Shown here piece after piece: positions 58,213 to 64,000 of a stretch of 64,000 nt of DNA; positions within the stretch are counted from its first letter, which is position 1; each line of letters opens with the position of its first letter. The DNA is from an uncultured Bacteroidota bacterium. GTDB taxonomy: Bacteria; Bacteroidota; Bacteroidia; UKL13-3. Made by a program: the position numbers and the translations under genes. Below the pieces are notes generated by a model. That model was not told where the DNA came from. It saw only the letters and a list, made by a program, of their open reading frames with translations, and did not search any database. The stretch covers positions 1,152 to 65,151 of the forward strand of contig CAIYNF010000114.1 of NCBI GenBank assembly GCA_903927505.1. The letters are read 5' to 3'.

Positions 58213-59093
58213 TGGAAACCTTGAAAAATTTTTGCAAACTCATACGGATCAATAACCTATTAATTATTGTTGCCGCACAAATTTTTGCTTATTATTTTTT
58301 GAGTCCAAGCATTGCCATTCAACAACTTTTAGCGCCTAATTTTATTGGCTTATTAACCCTAACATTTTTAGTAGCAGCAGCAGGTTATATTATTAACGAC
58401 TACATGGATGTAATGCTTGATTTGGTAAACAAACCAGAGAAAGTTATTGTAGGTAAAAGTATTTCAAGGCGATGGGCCATGTTTTTACATTTAGGGTTAA
58501 ATGCCATTGCAATTCTCATCAGCTATCAATTGAGCAAGAAATTAGCACTTATGGTAAGTCTTTGCGCATTGAGTCTATGGATTTACTCGCAGTTGCTCAA
58601 AAAAATGTACCTCACTGGAAATATTTTGGTAGCCTTACTTACAGCATTCACCATTTTTATTTTACTCCCATACGATTCAAATGTAATGCAAGCAGGAATT
58701 TGGGTGTATGGCATATTTGCCTTTTTAAGTACCCTTCAAAGAGAAATTATTAAAGATACGGAGGATTTGAGAGGCGACGAAAAATTCAAGTGCAAAACGC
58801 TTCCAATTGTATTAGGTATTAGAAAGACAAAAAAGGTAATTATGGGTTTACATATTATTTTAATTATATTGACATTGCTCTATTGTTCTGCCTTTACCAA
58901 TTTAAGTTTAAGTGGCACCAATACCAATAAATATTTCTTAATTTATATGGGTGTTTTTGTTTTGTTACCCATGGCCTATATGGCCAATCTCATCAATAAA
59001 GCTGATATAAAAAAGAACTTTACACAATTGAGTTTTATTGCCAAAGTAATTATGTTAACCGGCATTTTAAGTATGTGCTTTTGGCGTTTTTAA
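58212..59093 (+). CDS. UbiA family aromatic/polyprenyl prenyltransferase
   Basis: 293 aa. About 8 TM helices. First Asp-rich motif NDYMDVMLD and a second acidic motif ..KDTEDLRGD... The start overlaps the DUF502 stop. Confidence 0.8.
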   Translation: METLKNFCKLIRINNLLIIVAAQIFAYYFLSPSIAIQQLLAPNFIGLLTLTFLVAAAGYIINDYMDVMLDLVNKPEKVIVGKSISRRWAMFLHLGLNAIAILISYQLSKKLALMVSLCALSLWIYSQLLKKMYLTGNILVALLTAFTIFILLPYDSNVMQAGIWVYGIFAFLSTLQREIIKDTEDLRGDEKFKCKTLPIVLGIRKTKKVIMGLHIILIILTLLYCSAFTNLSLSGTNTNKYFLIYMGVFVLLPMAYMANLINKADIKKNFTQLSFIAKVIMLTGILSMCFWRF

Positions 59094-59109
59094 AATTGTG
59101 TTCGAACCA

Positions 59110-60240
59110 ATGAAACCTGCTATAAATGCATTTTTTTTCTATTGCTTTATTTTTTTAAGTCCTCAATTGGTATTGGCTCAAACCGATAATGAAAGAACAA
59201 GAGGTTTTGAAGTAGCTTATTTTACTGGTTATCATTTTGCTTCGAACCCAGTTATAAAGACAGGAGCCAGTTTAAATGGTATTCCCCAAGGTATTGACAT
59301 TTCATGGGTTCAATATGGCTTAAAAAAAGAGGCATTTAGTCAAAGCTTTGGGAAGGCAAGAATGGCACTCCAGGCAAGAATTATTCAAATGAATAATGTA
59401 GATACCTTTGGCTATTGTTTGGGCATACTTCCCTCCTATTTTGTTCCATTATTAAATAAGCAGAAATTTCAAATTGGCATGAAGTTATCCTATGGCATTA
59501 ACTTCAATAGCAAACAATACCATGAACAAAAAAATTTCGATAACAGGGCAATTAGTTCTGGGGTAAATTTTGCATTTGATTGGGGCATTCATTCGCAAAT
59601 TCAACTCAAGGAGAATTTGCAACTTAATTTGGGTACAGGCTTATACCATGTATCCAATGGTAGTTTAAAAATGCCCAATGGAGGCATCAATATTATTTAT
59701 GGAAATGTGGGATTGAGTTATTTTCCTCATGGCAAAAATGGCATTCTTATTCAAAAACCGAATTACCAAATAAGTCAAAAGAAATTGCACTATATGCTCA
59801 ATATTTCTGGTGCATACAGGGAATTAGGCTATTTTAATTATATCACCAAATTTCCTGTTTTCACCATTAGTAACAATGCCTATTTGTCTTTAAATAAATT
59901 ATATGGAATTGGTTTAGGTTTGGATGCATTTTACGATGCCACACAAGTATTATTATACGCGTCCAAATTAAGGATTAGCGATGTTGCCGAAAACCAAAAG
60001 TATTTTTTGGCAATTGGACTATACAACCGAATGGAATTGGGTAAATTGTTTTTCCCACTTGGCATATACCATTATTTAACTCCAATGAAATACGTGAAAG
60101 AACCCATTTACGTAAGATTTGGCCTAGGTTATCAAATCACCAAACACCTTTATTCAGGCTTGTTTTTCAAAGGAACCATTAACAAAAAACAGCAATTGCA
60201 ATCAGATTTTATGGAATGGAGTTTGGGCTTTAATTTATAG
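59110..60240 (+). CDS. Acyloxyacyl hydrolase / lipid A deacylase (PagL-like) family outer-membrane protein
   Basis: ATG at 59110 gives the signal peptide MKPAINAFFFYCFIFLSPQLVLAQ. ..GLYHVSNGSLKMPNGGIN.. contains the H-x-S-N-G catalytic-type motif of the family. Confidence 0.5.
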   Translation: MKPAINAFFFYCFIFLSPQLVLAQTDNERTRGFEVAYFTGYHFASNPVIKTGASLNGIPQGIDISWVQYGLKKEAFSQSFGKARMALQARIIQMNNVDTFGYCLGILPSYFVPLLNKQKFQIGMKLSYGINFNSKQYHEQKNFDNRAISSGVNFAFDWGIHSQIQLKENLQLNLGTGLYHVSNGSLKMPNGGINIIYGNVGLSYFPHGKNGILIQKPNYQISQKKLHYMLNISGAYRELGYFNYITKFPVFTISNNAYLSLNKLYGIGLGLDAFYDATQVLLYASKLRISDVAENQKYFLAIGLYNRMELGKLFFPLGIYHYLTPMKYVKEPIYVRFGLGYQITKHLYSGLFFKGTINKKQQLQSDFMEWSLGFNL

Positions 60241-60259
60241 CAGCAAAGTGCTAATAAGG

Positions 60260-61690
60260 CTAATTTCCAGAGAACCCTGCGAACTCTAGTGTTTGGATGG
60301 AAAGCACTTTGGTTTTTCCTTTTAGGATATTTAGATCAAAAGATTTTTGTGCGCCCAATTGGTTATCTGTATTGTAGGCCATAAAATCAATTTTTTGATT
60401 GCCTGTGTCTAATTGCATTCTGGCGTAATTAATAGAATAAGGCAATAACTGCCAATTGCGTGTATCTGCTTGTTCTGAGATGGCGCTATATAACATAGCT
60501 GCTGCCGCTAATCCTTGTTGGTCTTTGTTTTGTTGGGCTTTATAAACGGCCAATTGTTTTAATGCTACTCGCATAAGGCCTACAGCTAATTCTTTCCCCA
60601 TTCTATCTGCTAAACTTTTGTAGGCAATGGCATTGATATTTTCAGTTAATTCAAATGGCGTTTGCTTATTTGCACTTTGCAATAAAGCCCTTGCATACAA
60701 TGGATTTCTTGTGATGTATTTTGGCAAGGCCAAACGAATAATCTTCATGGCCAACATGTCTTTGTGCTGGTCTTTGTTCTCCACTCTATATGGAATAGAA
60801 ATACCTAATTCTGGATTTACAAATTGCACCCAACCATTGCCATAGTCAATTATGGTTACATTAATGCTAAATTCATCTTTAATTGGTCCCAGTCCATTAT
60901 TCCAAAAGAATAGCACCGAACCTTTTTCTTTGTCCAAATCCTCAGCCTTTAAATTAAATTCGGTCTCGTAGGCATGTTGTTCTTCATAAAAGCCAATTGC
61001 TTTTGCGGTTCTAATTAAATCCTTTTTCAACTGCAGTGGCACATTGGTGCCAAACTGACTTATGTAATCTGTTTTGTATACCTCGTAAGCATTTCTATAG
61101 GAAATAAAGGCATCATTGTATTCGCCCTTTAAATCATAAATTAAACCTATAAGGTTATGGGCAAAGGCATCACGTTTGTATTTGTTTTTATTGCCGTATT
61201 TATCGGTAATTTTCTGCATCTTTTCGAGCATTCGCTTGCCTTCAATTAAGGCTTCATCGGGCTGATCCAAGGCCAAATAGTTGAGGGCTCCATAGTAATG
61301 CAATAATATTTGCTCAAAACTTTCTCCGCCATAGGTTGCCATTTTAGCATTCACTAACATGGTCATAACGGCATCCCCCATATTGAGGTTATAATCTTCT
61401 ACAAAATAATCTGCTTTTCTAAAATAAGCATTGCTTGTTACATAATCACCTTGCATCCAAAGAACGGTTCCTTTGTTAAGGTAAAACAACAAACGATTGC
61501 GCTTAACTTTCTCCCATTTAACATCATCGGACAAAATTTTATTTGCCGATTCAAAATTGCTGTTGTAAACGGCACTCATAAGGGCTTCGTTCTTCTGATA
61601 ATAAGTGGCGCAGCCAGTTAACAGCAGCAAAAATAAGGATACAAAAACGGCATAGGAACCTATGCCGTTTTTTGAGAGAAAGGTCTTCAA
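60260..61690 (-). CDS. TPR-like lipoprotein of unknown function (COG3014-like)
   Basis: 476 aa. Lipobox LLLLTGC. The N-terminal half has TPR-like helical repeats. Sits 5 nt downstream of the LpoB-like gene. Confidence 0.45.
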   Translation of the reverse strand: MKTFLSKNGIGSYAVFVSLFLLLLTGCATYYQKNEALMSAVYNSNFESANKILSDDVKWEKVKRNRLLFYLNKGTVLWMQGDYVTSNAYFRKADYFVEDYNLNMGDAVMTMLVNAKMATYGGESFEQILLHYYGALNYLALDQPDEALIEGKRMLEKMQKITDKYGNKNKYKRDAFAHNLIGLIYDLKGEYNDAFISYRNAYEVYKTDYISQFGTNVPLQLKKDLIRTAKAIGFYEEQHAYETEFNLKAEDLDKEKGSVLFFWNNGLGPIKDEFSINVTIIDYGNGWVQFVNPELGISIPYRVENKDQHKDMLAMKIIRLALPKYITRNPLYARALLQSANKQTPFELTENINAIAYKSLADRMGKELAVGLMRVALKQLAVYKAQQNKDQQGLAAAAMLYSAISEQADTRNWQLLPYSINYARMQLDTGNQKIDFMAYNTDNQLGAQKSFDLNILKGKTKVLSIQTLEFAGFSGN

Positions 61691-61695
61691 GTGGT

Positions 61696-62283
61696 TTAGT
61701 TTTTAATGAACTTCTTAATTTCTTTTTCGCCGATCCAAACTTTTTCATTTGTTTCTAAATCGGTAAGTTCTAAATTAACTTGGTATTTAATAGTTTTTTG
61801 GTTTTTGTATTGGTCAACAATGCTAATGATAACGCCATTTAACATAAAATCAGCACCTTTTTCTTTGCCCCATTTCTTGCGGGTTTCTTCGCTAGAAAAA
61901 GTTTGTTGATCGCTGCGCTCATCGCGAATTTCATTGCGTTCTTCACCACTTTGAACTACACTAACAGTACCTGAATTGATAAAGGCACGTTCCATGTTTT
62001 TAATAAAGGCAATGGTTTCAATGTGTTCTGAAGTTTTGTTCTTAACCTGACCAATAATTACAGTAGGTTTTTTACTGTTTTTCATTTCAAAATTGGTGCG
62101 CCAAGGTCTGTCTAATACATCCTTAATCATTTCTTCAGCAACCAATTTAGAATCTGTATCGTTCCAGCGACCACTAATATCGGTTACAGTATTAGGATCC
62201 ATGCGTTCTACTTTACGAGCGGGGCCGCAATTACTTAAAACCAGCATAGCAGCAAACCCAGAAGCTAAAATTATTTTTTTCAT
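61696..62283 (-). CDS. LpoB-like (COG3417) lipoprotein
   Basis: From MKKIILASGFAAMLVLSNCG (lipobox LSNC). ..DISGRWNDTDSKLVAEEMI..RPW......KPTVIIG.V.N.T.EHI.. resembles penicillin-binding-protein activator LpoB-family annotations. Confidence 0.5.
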   Translation of the reverse strand: MKKIILASGFAAMLVLSNCGPARKVERMDPNTVTDISGRWNDTDSKLVAEEMIKDVLDRPWRTNFEMKNSKKPTVIIGQVKNKTSEHIETIAFIKNMERAFINSGTVSVVQSGEERNEIRDERSDQQTFSSEETRKKWGKEKGADFMLNGVIISIVDQYKNQKTIKYQVNLELTDLETNEKVWIGEKEIKKFIKN

Positions 62284-62344
62284 TGTCTTTTTATTTGATA
62301 GATTCAATTTTACAATTTACATTCCAAAAATAAAATCTTTTGAA

Positions 62345-62869
62345 ATGTATTGGTCAAAGCTACACAAAAACAAACAAAATTTCCTTATTTTACTGACTTT
62401 ATTGGGTTTTAGCTGCTGCAAAATGGAAACAAATTACTCGCTCACCAAAATTGGAAGTGACCAAATATTAAACGGAAGTGTCCAAAAAGAAGTACTTATG
62501 GATGCAAAATTATTCCCATGGTTTAATTATGAATACAGGATATACAAGCCAGACACAAGTATTCTTACTAATTTGAAATTAAAATCTAAAAACATCCATG
62601 CGCTGGTATTTGCCGGCTCTTGGTGTTCTGATACCCAAAGAGAATTACCAAGGTTTTATAAAATCATGGATTTAGCGGGGATTGAAGCCAAGCAAATGGA
62701 TTGTATCATGTTGGATCAAAATAAAAAATGTGCGTATATGAATGTAGAGTCGATACAAATTAGCCATATTCCCACGTTTATCTTTTACAAAGATGGCAAG
62801 GAATGCGGACGGATTATTGAAAAGGCAGATTCAAGTATAGAATTGTCCATTCAATCCTTTTACAAATAG
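62345..62869 (+). CDS. Thioredoxin-fold lipoprotein with a WCSDT motif in place of CxxC
   Basis: ATG at 62345: MYWSKLHKNKQNFLILLTLLGFSCC (lipobox). ..VFAGSWCSDTQRELPRF.. and ..IPTFIFYKDGKE.. indicate a thioredoxin fold. The upstream 84 codons in the ORF track are antisense to the LpoB-like gene. Confidence 0.55.
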   Translation: MYWSKLHKNKQNFLILLTLLGFSCCKMETNYSLTKIGSDQILNGSVQKEVLMDAKLFPWFNYEYRIYKPDTSILTNLKLKSKNIHALVFAGSWCSDTQRELPRFYKIMDLAGIEAKQMDCIMLDQNKKCAYMNVESIQISHIPTFIFYKDGKECGRIIEKADSSIELSIQSFYK

Positions 62870-62877
62870 CTATTTTT

Positions 62878-62887
62878 GGTTCGAACC
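62878..62887. repeat. GGTTCGAACC iterated palindrome, copy 7 (spacer between the thioredoxin-fold gene and prc)
   Basis: Exact 10-mer. The flanks form the 20-nt near-palindrome TTTTTGGTTCGAACCGAAAA. Confidence 0.9.
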
Positions 62888-62967
62888 GAAAACATTTATT
62901 AATAAAAATTACATGCTAAACAGAACTCCCATTTGTGGGAATGCCTAAATTTTATACCTTGCAAATA

Positions 62968-64000
62968 ATGATAAAGAAAGTAATTCTAGGCCTAGCCGCC
63001 CTCCTGTTTTTAAATTTGGCGAAAGGCAACGACAGCACAAAAGTTAGTTTAAAAACCTTTGCCCCAGAAAACCAACACCCCGTATTGTATCAATTAATTG
63101 GGCAGGTTTTAAACTCCTACCATTACCGCAAAGTAGCCATTGACGATTCATTATCGTCGCAATTATTTGACAACTATATTGAAAATTTAGACCCAGCGCG
63201 CGTTTACTTTTTGCAAGCTGATATGGACAAATTGGAGAAATTCAGGTACCAATTTGACGATGATTTGATGCAAGGAAATGTAGACAAGGCTTTTACCATT
63301 TACAATTTATACCAAACACGTTTATACGAGCGTATTCAGTATACTTTTGATTTATTGAACCAAGAGTTTGATTTTAACCAAAATGATTCTTTTGAATTGG
63401 ATAGAGACCATGCGCCTTGGGTAAAATCGCAGAGAGAATATGATTTATTGTGGAAGCAAAAAACAAAAAGTGAAGCTTTACAATTAAAAGCAGATGGCAA
63501 AGACTTTAAAAGCTATTCTGAAATTTTGCGCAAACGTTATTACAATCTTTTGAAGCAATTGGCCAAAACAAAAAATGAAGATGTGTTTTCATTTTTTGCA
63601 AATGCCTTAACAGAAATTGCAGATCCACATACCAATTATTTCTCACCAAGGGCAGCAGAAGATTTTGCAACTACAATGAGCTTAAGCCTTGAAGGTATTG
63701 GCGCTACGCTCACTACAGAAAACGAGTATACCAAAATTAGGGAAGTGGTAAAAGGTGGCCCGGCAGATAAGAGCAAGCTACTATTTGCCAATGATAAAAT
63801 TGCAGCGGTAGGACAAGGAAAAGAGGGTGAAATGGTAAATGTTTTAGATTGGCGCTTAGACGATGTGGTAAGTTTAATAAGAGGCAAAAAAGGTACAACA
63901 GTGCGCTTAGAAATTGTTTCAAACGATGCCATTAACAATAAAACCAAGATTATTGAAATTGTTCGCGACAAAATTGTTTTGGAAGACCAAGGGGCTAAAA
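62968..64000 (+). CDS. prc: Tail-specific (C-terminal processing) protease, S41 family, N-terminal part (continues beyond 64000)
   Basis: Absent from the ORF track because it has no stop in the window. My translation reads MIKKVILGLAALLFLNLAKG.. ..FANALTEIADPHTNYFSPRAAEDFATTMSLSLEGIGATL.. plus a PDZ region ..VVKGGPADKS... An in-frame ATG at 62941 is an alternative start. Confidence 0.85.
   Translation, partial: MIKKVILGLAALLFLNLAKGNDSTKVSLKTFAPENQHPVLYQLIGQVLNSYHYRKVAIDDSLSSQLFDNYIENLDPARVYFLQADMDKLEKFRYQFDDDLMQGNVDKAFTIYNLYQTRLYERIQYTFDLLNQEFDFNQNDSFELDRDHAPWVKSQREYDLLWKQKTKSEALQLKADGKDFKSYSEILRKRYYNLLKQLAKTKNEDVFSFFANALTEIADPHTNYFSPRAAEDFATTMSLSLEGIGATLTTENEYTKIREVVKGGPADKSKLLFANDKIAAVGQGKEGEMVNVLDWRLDDVVSLIRGKKGTTVRLEIVSNDAINNKTKIIEIVRDKIVLEDQGAK

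Noticed and set aside
62093-62344. N-terminal 84 codons of the 258-aa ORF 62093..62869.
   Set aside because: This part is antisense to the LpoB-like gene and its promoter region. An internal ATG at 62345 gives a clean lipoprotein signal peptide.
1-64000. The hexamer TTCGAA (AsuII/BstBI site) as the enriched unit, or R-M site avoidance.
   Set aside because: My by-eye count of about two dozen is roughly what base composition predicts. The anomaly is in the GG/CC flanks, not in the hexamer itself.

Overview
AT-rich chromosomal segment (about mid-30s % GC by eye, not computed). The gene content points to Bacteroidota: a porP-gldK-gldL-gldM-gldN type IX secretion/gliding core, two T9SS cargo proteins, sdhCAB of the cytochrome b558 type, and rpsF-rpsR-rplI with no intervening gene. 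I call about 60 protein genes, one tRNA-Val(UAC) with a decayed partial copy beside it, six clear rho-independent terminators and two Bacteroidota-style promoter candidates. I saw no rRNA, CRISPR array, integrase, transposase or recognisable defence island, so this looks like core genome rather than an accessory region. The most unusual signal is at the DNA level, not in any gene. The 10-bp palindrome GGTTCGAACC occurs seven times, in unrelated genes and in spacers. Five of the seven copies share the 14-mer TTTCGGTTCGAACC, and there are many half-site relatives. This resembles a highly iterated palindrome of the cyanobacterial HIP1 kind. Other points worth a second look: an A10 tract in dnaX with stop codons immediately after it in both alternative frames (possible gamma/tau recoding); a structured 110-bp spacer inside the sdh operon; a vWA-LRR fusion protein; a co-directional block joining a membrane-anchored M23 peptidase and an FtsX-type permease; and a lipoprotein cluster containing an LpoB-like protein. 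All functional calls come from reading the supplied translations and recalling family signatures. No database search was run.
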